From a phage, in assembly GCA_033664045.1 (NCBI GenBank), contig GCA_033664045.1_3674.1: DNA of 64,000 nucleotides; one strand, given 5' to 3'. Of the stretch, positions 16,099 to 26,384 are shown piece after piece. Made by a program: the position numbers and the translations under genes. The number at the start of each line of letters is the position of its first letter. Within the stretch, counting starts at the first letter, position 1. The notes beneath the pieces were generated by a model. It made no database searches, was not told the origin of the DNA, and saw only the letters and a program-made list of their open reading frames with translations.

Positions 16099-16129
16099 CC
16101 CCGTTAGCTACATAGCTGCGGGGTTTTTT
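16099..16129 (+). terminator. rho-independent terminator
   Basis: CCCCG-TT-AGCTA...TAGCT-G-CGGGG hairpin followed by TTTTTT. Confidence 0.7.
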
Positions 16130-16147
16130 CGTTTCTGGAGCCTTAAA

Positions 16148-16546
16148 ATGATTTCAGTTTTAACATGGCTGAGTAGGTATAAAGGGATCATAAAAGGTTT
16201 AGTTTTTGCAGCTGCGATAGGTACAGCTTATCTTGGGGCCGTGTATTGGTTTAACTCCAAGCTTAATGATGCCTACCAGGAGGGTGTGTCAGCAACAGAG
16301 TTAAAGTGGGAACGGATCCTTGATCAGCAACAAAAGCAGGCCGACAAAATTAAAATGGGCCACGCAGAGGAGGTTAAAAACCTTGAAAAATCCCTTTCTG
16401 ACCTGCAGGATAAATTAAATATGGCTGAGAAGGCAGGTAAAGAAAAGCAGATTATTTACCTCCAATCACCTGAGGGTAAGAAGTCAACACTCCCTGATCA
16501 GCTTATAGATATTTATAATGAGAGTATTAATCAGGAGGGTCGATGA
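16148..16546 (+). CDS. i-spanin (Rz-like), putative
   Basis: N-terminal TM helix GLVFAAAIGTAYLGAVYWF followed by charged coiled-coil-like periplasmic region; 3' end overlaps next ORF in ATGA. Confidence 0.55.
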   Translation: MISVLTWLSRYKGIIKGLVFAAAIGTAYLGAVYWFNSKLNDAYQEGVSATELKWERILDQQQKQADKIKMGHAEEVKNLEKSLSDLQDKLNMAEKAGKEKQIIYLQSPEGKKSTLPDQLIDIYNESINQEGR

Positions 16547-16830
16547 GAGTTGCTGCACTGTTTATTGTGTGCTTGTTATTGTGTGGGTGTGCAACCAGCG
16601 TTGAGAGAGAATACAAGATTGACCCTCCAGATGTAGGAAGGTTGATTGTTAAACCCCCGGAAGGTGCCATGAAACCACCTGCTAAAGCTATGCCTTTGAA
16701 GAAAGGTGCGCCAGATGCAGTGAATTCTGGCATTATGAGGGATAATAATCTGTCTTGTAGCAATGATAGAGCTAAATTGATCATTTTGCAAGACTACATT
16801 AGAACACTGTTTCCAAAGGAGAGAGGTTAA
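16543..16830 (+). CDS. o-spanin (Rz1-like lipoprotein), putative
   Basis: Signal peptide with Cys-containing lipobox-like LLLCGCATS, proline-rich mature part (KPPEGAMKPPAKAMP); 4-bp overlap with i-spanin. Confidence 0.55.
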   Translation: MRVAALFIVCLLLCGCATSVEREYKIDPPDVGRLIVKPPEGAMKPPAKAMPLKKGAPDAVNSGIMRDNNLSCSNDRAKLIILQDYIRTLFPKERG

Positions 16831-17255
16831 TGTCTAAGATTTACGGACCGTGTTCTGAAAAGCAGAAGATGATCCTAGAAAACGATGCAGATATTTTGGT
16901 AATCGGCGGTGCCGCAGGGTCTGGCAAGTCGTTCCTCTTGCAGTTGATGCCACTTAAAATTATTGATGACCCCCACAGCTCTGTGGTTATGTTCCGAAGA
17001 ACAACCCCGCAGTTGGAAGGTGAGGGTGGACTATGGCCTAAAGCAGTAGCTATTTATAGTGATCTGCCTGAAAACATTAAGCCAAAGTTCAGAGAGAAGG
17101 ATCATAAGTTCATTTTTCCACGGTTTGATCCGAACACTGGTAAGTGGGATAGAAGCAAAAAGGGAGCTGTTGTAAAATACTGCCACATGGAGTATGTACA
17201 AGATAAGCTTAACCATCAGGGGCTTGAGTACACCATGGTTTGCTTCGATGAGGGT
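16830..17255 (+). CDS. terminase large subunit, exon 1 (ATPase N-terminus)
   Basis: Walker A LVIGGAAGSGKSF and Walker B MVCFDEG; frame stops at TAA 17256-17258, exactly where the intron begins. Confidence 0.8.
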
Positions 17256-17574
17256 TAATTTGTAGCTCTCGTAAAACCTCCCTAATTGCGGGGAAATCTT
17301 TATTATTGACACCACCAACCTGTTATGGTAACATAATAGAGGCTTCGAAGAGAGATCGAAGGTATGGTAACAGTGTGTTAATTTAGATAATCCGCAGCGA
17401 AGCATCCGATAGGATGAACGTTCAACGACTAGTCGAGAGACGTAGAATCAAGCGATTCGAAACGGGAGGGTAAGCGGTTGTTGTCGCTTATAAGATATAG
17501 TCTGGTCTGCATGGAGACATGCAGCTGCCTGAAAATGGCGGGGCAAGACTAGCGACCTTGCCTGAACATAAACG
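17256..17574 (+). mobile_element. group I self-splicing intron (no ORF)
   Basis: Core elements P AATTGCGGGGAAA (17284-17296), Q AATCCGCAGC (17389-17398), R GTTCAACGACTAGTC (17420-17434), S AAGATATAGTCT (17492-17503); P1 exon GAGGGU (17250-17255) pairs with GCUCUC (17265-17270) including U.G at splice site; ends with G17574. Confidence 0.75.
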
Positions 17575-17891
17575 ACACAATTCGAATGGGAGCAGATAGA
17601 CTATCTGATGTCTCGTCTGCGATCTCAGTCAAAGTATCCATCAAGAATGGTTATCAGCTGTAACCCCGATTCAGAACACATGCTTGCCAAACTGGTTAGA
17701 TGGTGGTTGGACGATGAAGGGTATCCAGATCCGGAGAAATGCGGTAAGAAAAGATATTTTATCCGACGCGACGGTGAATTTATTTGGGGAGACTCTAAGG
17801 AAGAGTTGATAGAGAAATACACCACGGTTAACGGGCTGGGTGTAGAGATCAAGCCAAGACCGTTGTCATTCTCGTTCATAGGCGCAACCAT
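17575..17891 (+). CDS. terminase large subunit, exon 2
   Basis: In-frame continuation TQFEWEQIDYLMSRL...MVISCNPD...SFSFIGATI; 3' boundary uncertain by 1-4 nt. Confidence 0.65.
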
Positions 17892-18888
17892 TAAATAATA
17901 GTGGCTTCGTGCAGAAATGCACGTCGAATAACTTCGTTAATTGCTGGAAAATCCGATTGCTAAACGGACAATCAGCAGCTATAATTACCCTTCCGAACCT
18001 GTAGTAGGGAGATGTTTGAAATGAAAAATTTAGGCTTTTTAGGCTACAATCATTATTGTGCTACATACGATGGCAGAATTTACAGTCTGTATTCTAATAA
18101 ATTCCTCCATCCTAATGTGCAGAAAAAGACTGGCTATGCTATGGTAACTTTGTGCGAGGACGGTAAAAAGTTCCAAGTGCTCGTTCACAGAGTGATTGCT
18201 ATGACTTTTGTTGATAATGATAATCCCAGCGTGAAAACTCAAGTAAATCACCTTGATGGCAATAAGTTGAATAACGCCGCATGGAACCTTGAGTGGACAA
18301 CACCTGAGGAAAACACACATCATGCTCATGAAATGGGACTTAAAAAGGACTATGTCAATAAATACAGGTCCCTAGATGATGCCACTGCTCTTGAAATATG
18401 TAGACTGTTAGAGCAAGGTGCAAGGGTAAAAGACATTTGTGAAATGTTTGGTGTCAATCAACCACTTGTAAGTGGTATAAAGAATGGCTCAGTATACCCA
18501 GATATTTCTAAAGAGTTTAACTTTAGAAAAGTGCCAACCTCTAATAGGATAAGTGAGCACAAGATAATAGGTATCTGCGAGGATCTTAGTGATAGGGTTT
18601 TGTGTGTAAATAAAATAGCTAAGAAGTGGGGCGTAAGTTTTAGTGTTGTTAAAGGAATAAAAGACCGTAAGACTTACACCTATATTTCAAACAATTACGA
18701 TTGGTAATGTAGTTCAACGACTATCCCGAGAGGGAGTAGGGCGCAAGCTTATGGCGCTCGAAAAGCGAAGCACCCTGAGATGGGTGGTGATATAGTCTAC
18801 TCTGCATGGTAACATGCAGCGGCACGTAATGGTGCGGAGGGTGGTGTTGCGACCACCTTTGAATATAAGGATTCGATAATCCTGTCTG
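17892..18888 (+). mobile_element. group I intron carrying an HNH homing endonuclease gene
   Basis: P-like AATTGCTGGAAAA (17939-17951), R GTTCAACGACTATCC (18712-18726), S GATATAGTCT (18789-18798); 3' region near-identical to intron 1 (ATATAGTCT..TCTGCATGG..ACATGCAGC); P1 CCAUU/AGUGG with U.G. Confidence 0.7.
18012..18707 (+). CDS. HNH homing endonuclease (intron-encoded)
   Basis: HNH core QVLVHRVIAMTF...VNHLDGNKLNNAAWNLEWTTPEENTHHA with C-terminal HTH-like repeats; sits between the intron Q and R elements. Confidence 0.8.
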   Translation: MFEMKNLGFLGYNHYCATYDGRIYSLYSNKFLHPNVQKKTGYAMVTLCEDGKKFQVLVHRVIAMTFVDNDNPSVKTQVNHLDGNKLNNAAWNLEWTTPEENTHHAHEMGLKKDYVNKYRSLDDATALEICRLLEQGARVKDICEMFGVNQPLVSGIKNGSVYPDISKEFNFRKVPTSNRISEHKIIGICEDLSDRVLCVNKIAKKWGVSFSVVKGIKDRKTYTYISNNYDW

Positions 18889-19675
18889 TTTGAGAGACAA
18901 CCCAGAATACCTTGCTTTCCTCGAAGGTCTACCAGAGCTGGAAAAAGCTCAGCTTCTCCATGGTAACTGGTTTGCAAAGCCTGAGGGTGCAAACTATTTT
19001 CAAAGATCTTTCCTTCGTGATGCCGATAGAGTACCCCTTGGATCAGTATCTTGCAGGGCATGGGATAAGGCAGGAACCGAGAGAACTTCCGGTAATAAAT
19101 TTCCTGACTTTACCGCCAGTGTTAAGGTAAGTAAAGATAGCGACGGATTTTATTACCTGTCAGGAGATTATTGTCCTGAAAACGTAGATGACGGGAGGTA
19201 TTCCACAGGTCTGGAAGGCAAGTTCTGTAAAAAGGCTGGTGAACGAGATGTGATCATCAGGAAACAGGCGCAGTTTGATGGTGATGATTGTATAATCGTA
19301 TTCTCTGTGGACCCCGGTCAGGCAGGTAAGAGTGAGTTCTTAACCTCATCCAGATCCTTGCTCGCAGAAGGGTTCAGGGTTGAAGAAGACCCAATGCCTT
19401 CCAACAAGTCTAAACTGACAAGGTTCTCACCTTTTGCCAATCTTGCCCAACAAGGGATGGTGAGGATTGTAAAATCCAGTTTCCATCCTGATACTCTGGA
19501 AGCATTTCTGACCGAACTTGAAAAATTCAACGGGGAAAGATCAACATTTAACAGAAAAGACGACTGGGCTGACTGTGTAGCTTCTGCAATTAATTTCCTG
19601 GAGAAAGAGGAGGTAGCACTTCCTTGTGTGATTCCATCAATCTCATCACCTTCTATGTTCAAGCGTTTTATCTAA
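18889..19675 (+). CDS. terminase large subunit, exon 3 (nuclease domain)
   Basis: (L)RDNPEYLAFLEGLPELEKAQLLHGNW then acidic nuclease motifs RAWDKAG, VDPGQAGKSEF, DDWADC; frame open only from 18869. Confidence 0.75.
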
Positions 19676-19725
19676 GTGTTGCCAATCTTAATTAGATGTG
19701 GTAGAATAGATTAATCGGAGATACT

Positions 19726-19752
19726 AGCCCTCTAACACGAGGGCTATTTTGT
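19726..19752 (+). terminator. terminator-like hairpin after terminase
   Basis: AGCCCTC-taacac-GAGGGCT followed by ATTTTGTT. Confidence 0.5.
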
Positions 19753-19777
19753 TATACTGTTTTGAGGGGTAAAGCTT

Positions 19778-21334
19778 GTGTCCAAAAAGAACCGCAGGAA
19801 ACACAACGCCACAGCCAAAACTGTGAATAAATCTGGGAACGCAGGCGCACCAACTCATAATGTTCGTATGAGTGAGATCGGTTCTGGCGCACTTTCCCAA
19901 ATTATGGCAGAATCGCAATCTATGATGGTTGAGGAATTGCGTTGGCCTCAGCTGATTGCCACAGTGGAGACTATGAAATGTGATTCCACAGTTGCTACTG
20001 CCTTAGATACAAAATATGTTTTCATCACGAAAGCATTCAATGATTTTAAGATCCTTTATAATGTTAAAAGTGAAGACTCTAAGAAAGCTGCCGAGCTTAT
20101 AGAGTATTCTTTGCGTAATTTGGCAAACCAACAAACTCTTCGGGATATTGCAAGAAGCGCAGCTACCTTTAACGAGTATGGTTTTTCACTGTTTGAGAAA
20201 GTATACCGCAGAGAAAAAGAAGGTAAATATGCCGGGATGCTCCTTATCGATAAAATTGCATTCCGACCTCAGGCCAGCCTGTCCAGATCAGAGCCGTTTG
20301 TTTTTGATAAGAATAGCAGAACACTGACAGGTATTTATCAGTCACCTAATGCATTTCTAAACACTCAGAATGCACGCTGGGCTGGACCTCTTGCTGTAAT
20401 GCCTTCAAAAGGCTTTAATGAGCCTGAAATTTTCATCCCTGCTAAAAAGCTTATGCTCATGACCCTGTCAGGAACAGAATCTAACCCTGCAGGTGTGTCA
20501 CCTATGATAGGTTGCTACAGATCTTTCCGTGAGAAAGTTCTGATTGAAAACCTTGAGGTTGTTGGCTGTTCCAAAGACCTTGGTGGCGTGCTTGAGCTGA
20601 AAATTCCTTCCAATATTTTGAACAAGGCCAGCATTGACCCGAATTCAATGGAAGGGAGAATGGTTGCAGACCTTATGCTTGACGCAGCAAACGCCCATAG
20701 TGGTGAGCAAAGTTTCTTTATACTTCCGTCTGATAGAGATAAGTCTGGTAAAGAGCTTTACTCCATGACCCTGAAGGGGGTTGACGGTATGGGTAAGCAG
20801 TATTCCACTAAAGATTTGATTGATGCCCGTAAGAAGGCGATTCTTGACCGTTTCGGTGCTGGCTTTATTAACCTCGGTAACGATAACGTTGGATCCTTCT
20901 CTCTGTCTGAGTCAAAACAGTCTATCCATGGTCATTTTGTTCAGCGTGATATAGATATTATCACTGAGGCCTTCAATAAAGATCTTATTCCACAGCTTCT
21001 GGCATTGAATGGTATCATCCTTGAAGATGATGATATGCCTAAACTGAAACCTGGTCTGATTGAAGAAGTGGACATGGAGAGCTTCTCCAAGTTTGTCCAG
21101 AGGATCGGTGCTGTAGGTTACTTGCCAAAAACTCCTGCAGTAATTAATAAGATTCTTGAAGTAGGCGGGTTTGATGAAAGATTTGACGAGGACATGGATC
21201 AGGAAGAGCTGATGAAGCTCTTGGGCCAAGACATCAGTAGGGCTGGTGATGGAATGGCTGCAGGATCTACTGGCAACGGCACTTCTAAGATATCATCAAC
21301 CAGAGATAATTCCATATCCAACATGGAAAATTAA
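19778..21334 (+). CDS. portal protein, putative
   Basis: 518-aa ORF (GTG start, RBS GAGGGG) immediately after terminase; size and position typical of portal. Confidence 0.6.
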   Translation: MSKKNRRKHNATAKTVNKSGNAGAPTHNVRMSEIGSGALSQIMAESQSMMVEELRWPQLIATVETMKCDSTVATALDTKYVFITKAFNDFKILYNVKSEDSKKAAELIEYSLRNLANQQTLRDIARSAATFNEYGFSLFEKVYRREKEGKYAGMLLIDKIAFRPQASLSRSEPFVFDKNSRTLTGIYQSPNAFLNTQNARWAGPLAVMPSKGFNEPEIFIPAKKLMLMTLSGTESNPAGVSPMIGCYRSFREKVLIENLEVVGCSKDLGGVLELKIPSNILNKASIDPNSMEGRMVADLMLDAANAHSGEQSFFILPSDRDKSGKELYSMTLKGVDGMGKQYSTKDLIDARKKAILDRFGAGFINLGNDNVGSFSLSESKQSIHGHFVQRDIDIITEAFNKDLIPQLLALNGIILEDDDMPKLKPGLIEEVDMESFSKFVQRIGAVGYLPKTPAVINKILEVGGFDERFDEDMDQEELMKLLGQDISRAGDGMAAGSTGNGTSKISSTRDNSISNMEN

Positions 21335-21354
21335 AAATTATCAACACAGGGGGG

Positions 21355-21822
21355 TTGCAAAACCTCCTTTGGCGTGATAAAATAATCCACATGGGGAATA
21401 AGATGCCACAGGAAGAAATGATTTCCTACGAAATCATCTACGAACCTGACACTAAAGATGCTCACGGTGAGTGGATGAGTAAAGACACCATCAAAAAGGC
21501 TAAAGATAACTGGGACGCAGCATACGCCGCAGGCCTAGTTTCTGAAAACCTTTTTCACTTGACCTCTACAGATGCTTTCACTATTGAAAAGACGTGGATT
21601 CAAGAAGAGTTTGATGTTGTAGTAATTGGCACTGAGCAGGTCATCAAGGCTGGCTCTTGGGTTGCTAAAGTTAAATACAATAATCCTGAATTATGGGAAG
21701 CTAAGAAGGCTGGCATTGTTGGTGGCCTAAGCATTCAGGCAACAGGTAATGTTGATGAAGAAACTGGTGAAATTACCAACGTAAACTTCGGGATCAGTGT
21801 TGTAGAAGAGGGCAATGAATAA
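21355..21822 (+). CDS. head morphogenesis protein (possible prohead protease or minor head protein)
   Basis: Position between portal and scaffold; likely true start at ATG 21403; no catalytic motif confirmed. Confidence 0.35.
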   Translation: MQNLLWRDKIIHMGNKMPQEEMISYEIIYEPDTKDAHGEWMSKDTIKKAKDNWDAAYAAGLVSENLFHLTSTDAFTIEKTWIQEEFDVVVIGTEQVIKAGSWVAKVKYNNPELWEAKKAGIVGGLSIQATGNVDEETGEITNVNFGISVVEEGNE

Positions 21823-22799
21823 TGTCTGAAAAAACGATTACTATTAAAGAGAAGGGGATTGCCCTGTGCCATAAGGCGCAAGGCTATAGCGCTAACAACA
21901 GACCTGTATCTCTTTTGATGAAGAGTGATCTTAAGCCTGAGCAGTTAACAGACGATATTGTTAAGGCACTTCGCCAAGTTACTGTGGAGCTTAGTTTTGA
22001 AGAATACCTGCGTCGTTTCTTCGATATGTGGTATGATGATGCTAAAGCACTTGCACACATGCTTGGTTTTGAGATTGAAGAGGAGGCTTGGGCTAAAGAG
22101 CATCCTGATTGGGAATGGGCGCAAGCTGACGCAGAGTCTTGTATTGCATGGCTGGAAGAGCGTTGTGATAACGTGACCATTCATAAAGCTGCAAAAGAAG
22201 GTAAGCAGCTTAGTGTGGTAGATCAGTACAGCCTGTTAAAAACACAACAGATTTTTGAACAAGTAACCGCTGATCTCTTCGATAAAGAAGGGAACCTGAT
22301 CAAGGCGGTACAGGAACCTGCTGAGGTGGATAAAACTACCGAGGTGGATGATATTGCAAAATCCGCAAATACCGAGGAGAATCCGGTGGACGTAACCAAA
22401 ACTAAAGAGTATCTGGATCTGCTGAAGCAAGTAGAAGAGCTGAAAGCAACCCAGAGTAAAGCTGAAGAAATTATCAAGGCCCAGGTTGAAGTTGAAAAAG
22501 CTAAAATGCTGACTAAGGCTCAAGCTTTAAGCTTTGTTGGTGAAGAAGATCACGCAACCCTGGTTGACTTCATGCTGGAAAAAGCTAACGAACCTATCGT
22601 AGCTATGCTGGAGAAAGCTCAAGCAAAAATTGAAGAGCTGGAAGCAGAGGTGCATAAAACTAAAGAAGAGTTTGCCACCACTGAACATGGTAATGATGGC
22701 GAACCTGTTGTGGATGATATTGCAAAATCCGCAGAAGAAATTCTTGCTGAAAACGTTGCAAAAGCACTTGCTCGTGCACGTGCAGAATCTAACAAATAA
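21822..22799 (+). CDS. scaffolding protein, putative
   Basis: Acidic, alanine/glutamate-rich, coiled-coil-like; internal duplicated VDDIAKSA segment; lies before head genes. Confidence 0.55.
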   Translation: MSEKTITIKEKGIALCHKAQGYSANNRPVSLLMKSDLKPEQLTDDIVKALRQVTVELSFEEYLRRFFDMWYDDAKALAHMLGFEIEEEAWAKEHPDWEWAQADAESCIAWLEERCDNVTIHKAAKEGKQLSVVDQYSLLKTQQIFEQVTADLFDKEGNLIKAVQEPAEVDKTTEVDDIAKSANTEENPVDVTKTKEYLDLLKQVEELKATQSKAEEIIKAQVEVEKAKMLTKAQALSFVGEEDHATLVDFMLEKANEPIVAMLEKAQAKIEELEAEVHKTKEEFATTEHGNDGEPVVDDIAKSAEEILAENVAKALARARAESNK

Positions 22800-22819
22800 G
22801 ACATTAACGGGGGAAATAA

Positions 22820-23209
22820 ATGATTACCGCTCAATATTCTGATATCGTGCTCGGCAAAGTCGATTCTAGCGATGCTGGCTACAATTTTAAAGAGATGGAA
22901 ATTACACTGACAGAGCACCATCATGCTGGTACTGTTGTAACAAAAACTGGCACTATCGCTAACGATGATGGCTCAGACGTTTATGGTGTTCTTGTAGACC
23001 GAGCTCTGGTAAAAGATGCAGGAAAAGTTCATCTTGCTGAGCCTCTGCAAACAGGTCAGAAATATAAACTGGTTGTTGCAGTTCACGGTGTTACCTTTGC
23101 AAAAGATAAGCTGCTAGGGTCTAACGGTGAAGCAGCTAAGCAGGCTGTTCTTGAAAAGCTGGAAGCTCTGGGCAACAAAGTTCACGTCCAGACTCTTGGT
23201 GAAGAGTAA
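22820..23209 (+). CDS. head decoration protein (lambda gpD-like), putative
   Basis: About 130 aa, immediately upstream of major capsid gene, as in lambda D-E. Confidence 0.5.
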   Translation: MITAQYSDIVLGKVDSSDAGYNFKEMEITLTEHHHAGTVVTKTGTIANDDGSDVYGVLVDRALVKDAGKVHLAEPLQTGQKYKLVVAVHGVTFAKDKLLGSNGEAAKQAVLEKLEALGNKVHVQTLGEE

Positions 23210-23256
23210 GTCCTAAATTGTTCGGGAAATATTTAAGTTTTACTTTGGAGAAATAA

Positions 23257-24267
23257 ATGATTACTCGTAAAGATGAATTTGGCATTGTTGATTTAGGTGC
23301 TACTCTGGACCTTGTTCCGCGTCAATTCCGCCTGATTACTGGTATGGATCTGTTCGAAACCCGTCTCGGCACCTCAACAATTGCTCAGATTGAGCGTGTT
23401 GATGAAGTTGTAACCGACATTCCGGCACGCCGTCGTGGTGGTGAGCGTAACTACGTTGGTAGTGAACGTGCTCAGGTTAAAAACCTGAACATCCCGTTCT
23501 TCCCTCTGGACAAAGGCATCACCGCAGCAGATGTTCAGAACTTCCGTCGTTACTTCACCCCTGATGCTCCGAAAACTGTTCAGGATGTAGTAACCCGCGT
23601 TGTTCGCCGTATCCGTGTTTCTCATGAAGCACTGCGTGAGAAGGCGCTGTTCCAGGCTATTCTGGGTAAATCCTATGCACCTGGCGACACAACCTGTCAG
23701 TATGACTACTACACTCTGTGGGGTGTTTCTCAGAAGTCTGTTGAGATTGACCCTGCAAAAGCAGATCAGGATCCGATGGAGGTTCTGGAAGAAGCTCGTC
23801 TGCACATCGCGCTGCAAGCTGGCGATAACGCAGCTGGCTATCGTATTGTAGCCCTGTGCTCACCAGAGTTCTTCAGTGCTATTACCCATCATCCTCTGGT
23901 AGAACTGGCATACACCTATTACGGCTCTGCTCAGGAACCTCTGCGTCGCCGTCTGGGTGCTGGCGGTCAAGACAGCGTATACCGTGTGTTTGAGCATAAA
24001 GGTATCACCTTTATCGAAGATATCTCTGGCAATATTCCTAAGAAAGAGGCTCGCATCCTGCCGATGGGTATTGATCAGATGTTCCAGCTGCACTTTGCTC
24101 CGGCAGACGATGTTAACGAAGCAAACACTCCAGCACAGGAACTGTACATGTGGTACAAACACTCTGCATACCTGCGTGAAGAGAAGATTGAATCTGAAAC
24201 TTCTATGCTGGCAGTTAACACCCGCCCAGAGCTGGTTGTTAAAGTAACTCTGAAAAACGGTGGCTAA
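23257..24267 (+). CDS. major capsid protein (lambda gpE-like family)
   Basis: 336 aa (lambda E 341 aa); codon choice looks strongly biased toward high-expression codons; strong terminator follows. Confidence 0.7.
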   Translation: MITRKDEFGIVDLGATLDLVPRQFRLITGMDLFETRLGTSTIAQIERVDEVVTDIPARRRGGERNYVGSERAQVKNLNIPFFPLDKGITAADVQNFRRYFTPDAPKTVQDVVTRVVRRIRVSHEALREKALFQAILGKSYAPGDTTCQYDYYTLWGVSQKSVEIDPAKADQDPMEVLEEARLHIALQAGDNAAGYRIVALCSPEFFSAITHHPLVELAYTYYGSAQEPLRRRLGAGGQDSVYRVFEHKGITFIEDISGNIPKKEARILPMGIDQMFQLHFAPADDVNEANTPAQELYMWYKHSAYLREEKIESETSMLAVNTRPELVVKVTLKNGG

Positions 24268-24291
24268 TCACTAAGGTGATTCATCCCATAT

Positions 24292-24320
24292 GGGGAGGGG
24301 GTTCTCCCCTCCCCTTTTTT
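24292..24320 (+). terminator. strong rho-independent terminator after capsid gene
   Basis: GGGGAGGGG-gttct-CCCCTCCCC followed by TTTTTT. Confidence 0.85.
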
Positions 24321-24348
24321 ATTTATTAGGGTTTAACAGGAGTGTCCC

Positions 24349-25176
24349 GTGAAGAGAGCCGTATATCCAGTTGAGTATGATCCTCTATTAAGAGTTTTCA
24401 ACAATCAGTTAAGTTTTTATCAATTTTTAGCACAATATAACCCAGAAATCAATGTTGGTTTATCAGCCCTGCTGCCACCAACAGAATTCGTTATCGGCAG
24501 TGTTCACTATCCGTGCAGAACGATTGTAGACTTCTTCGAGAAGATTGCAAAACATACAGGCCTGCCAATTGATACTGGTATTTCAACTATCCGTATGGGT
24601 GTTATTCTTCTGTTCTTCACAGAGAACCTTGATGAAAGCACTTTAACACTGCAAAGCGGGGATGTCAATATCACACTCACTCCGTCAGTGTTTAAAGAGG
24701 TAGATGCTGCTTTCCAAGTTTCCGTGGCAGAGGGCCATTTATGGGACCCTGTAGGGATGCCTAAAAAAGTGACCATAAACGATGAGCAATGCAACATTGT
24801 TTATGAAGAAGATACCCAAACTTTCACCATTGAGTGGCCTAAGAAACGTTCTCAGGTTGTAAATCTTGGACTGGTCTCTACGATAGCTCCACCGCCTGAA
24901 CCAGAGCCAGAGCCGCCTGTAGGTCCTACTGAACCTGGTGGTGACGGTGAAGTTACTGTAGCAGATCCTCAAGATGTGACTGTATCCTCTTCCTCATTTG
25001 TAGCCATTGAGAATAAGGATGAAATCCTTAAACAGGCTGCAGCTCTTAACAACGAAGATGACAAAAGTGGTTCAAAAGATGCACTCCAAACCTTCGCTAA
25101 AGAGTACGGTGTTACCTTAAGTAAGGCAAAAACTTTCCAAAATATGATGAAAGATTTTGAGGATGCACTGGCATAA
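24349..25176 (+). CDS. hypothetical structural protein with PEPEPEP linker
   Basis: GTG-start ORF; proline/glutamate linker APPPEPEPEPPVGPTEPGG. Confidence 0.5.
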   Translation: MKRAVYPVEYDPLLRVFNNQLSFYQFLAQYNPEINVGLSALLPPTEFVIGSVHYPCRTIVDFFEKIAKHTGLPIDTGISTIRMGVILLFFTENLDESTLTLQSGDVNITLTPSVFKEVDAAFQVSVAEGHLWDPVGMPKKVTINDEQCNIVYEEDTQTFTIEWPKKRSQVVNLGLVSTIAPPPEPEPEPPVGPTEPGGDGEVTVADPQDVTVSSSSFVAIENKDEILKQAAALNNEDDKSGSKDALQTFAKEYGVTLSKAKTFQNMMKDFEDALA

Positions 25177-25235
25177 TTTTGTTAAGGCCCCTTCCAAATC
25201 AGGAATGGGGCTTTATTTTTACGAGGTATTTTCAA

Positions 25236-25856
25236 ATGGCATGGTATGAAGATGAAGAGATTATCCCGTCACCGCCTAACCATGATGGTGTAGTCGATAC
25301 CCCAGAAGAACCACCAAAAGAAGATCCTGTGCCTCCGGAACCTGATCCAGACCAACCTCTTATTGATATTATGAGGTTATTGCTTGGCAATGTTGATGAG
25401 GAAACACTCCCTGATAAGGTAATTAAAACATTCCTTGACATGGAGAAGCTGAAACTAAATTATCCGGCAGATCCTGATAAGCTGCCCCTGCTTAAGTACA
25501 ATGTGCTTGTGCAGCTTGTGCGGTGGCTGATGATGCAGGAAGTGTCCAGTGGTAATGCAAGTATAACTTCCCGTCTGGAAAAAATAGGTGATGAGACCAT
25601 AGAGATTCGTGGTGGATCTTCCTACGCCCAATGGAAGGATTTCCTTGATTGGCTGCTGGCACACCCAGACTATGTAGATTCTGAGCTAGATGCTTACAGC
25701 AGAATGATTATCATTGGTGGTGTTCGTGTAGACGAAGGAATTCGGGTTAAATTTAATGAAAACAGCAACGGACCGTTCGATGTCCAAGGGATTACACCTA
25801 TCAGTGGTCTAAATAACCAACCTCCTCGCCACCCAAGACGCAAACGCAGTTTTTAA
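25236..25856 (+). CDS. hypothetical virion protein (head-tail joining region)
   Basis: Start set at ATG 25236 within listed ORF 25179; proline-rich N-terminus. Confidence 0.45.
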   Translation: MAWYEDEEIIPSPPNHDGVVDTPEEPPKEDPVPPEPDPDQPLIDIMRLLLGNVDEETLPDKVIKTFLDMEKLKLNYPADPDKLPLLKYNVLVQLVRWLMMQEVSSGNASITSRLEKIGDETIEIRGGSSYAQWKDFLDWLLAHPDYVDSELDAYSRMIIIGGVRVDEGIRVKFNENSNGPFDVQGITPISGLNNQPPRHPRRKRSF

Positions 25857-25862
25857 AAATTG

Positions 25863-25891
25863 TTGCTTTTGATGTATCTTTGTGGTAAAAT
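25863..25891 (+). promoter_or_regulatory. sigma70-like promoter with extended -10
   Basis: TTGCTT-17 nt-TAAAAT with TGG just upstream of -10 (TGGTAAAATAC). Confidence 0.5.
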
Positions 25892-25909
25892 ACATTAGTG
25901 AGGGATATA

Positions 25910-26368
25910 ATGCTAAAGGTTAAATGTCAAACAAGGTTCAACCTAAAGCGTTTAGATCGCTTCTACAAAGAACTTGTGAGACTTGAAAGTAAAACAATAA
26001 CCTACGGCTTTTATGACGAACCTCACCCGTCAGGCTTAAATATGGCAACATTGGCAGCCATTCACAACTTCGGTTGGAACGGGCTGCCTGTTCGCAATTT
26101 CATGGAGACAGCCTTTGCATTTCACAGCACTCAACTGCAGACCTTGACAGAAAAATTGTTGAGAGCTATGGCCAGGGGATCAAGTGCAGAGGCTATTCTT
26201 AAGCAGATGGGGGACACAGGGGCCAAAGCTATCCAGTTTGTTATTGAGGCTGGACAGTTTAGTAATCCTACTGTTAGTGAGCAGTGGGCACAAGAAAAGG
26301 GCTTCAACGAGGCTATGCGGCATTACGATGTGCTGCTTGAATCTGCAACCTTTAAAATCGGACAGTAA
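25910..26368 (+). CDS. hypothetical virion assembly protein
   Basis: ATG 25910 after GAGGG and promoter; head-tail connector neighbourhood. Confidence 0.5.
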   Translation: MLKVKCQTRFNLKRLDRFYKELVRLESKTITYGFYDEPHPSGLNMATLAAIHNFGWNGLPVRNFMETAFAFHSTQLQTLTEKLLRAMARGSSAEAILKQMGDTGAKAIQFVIEAGQFSNPTVSEQWAQEKGFNEAMRHYDVLLESATFKIGQ

Positions 26369-26384
26369 AAAATAAGGGGGTTGA

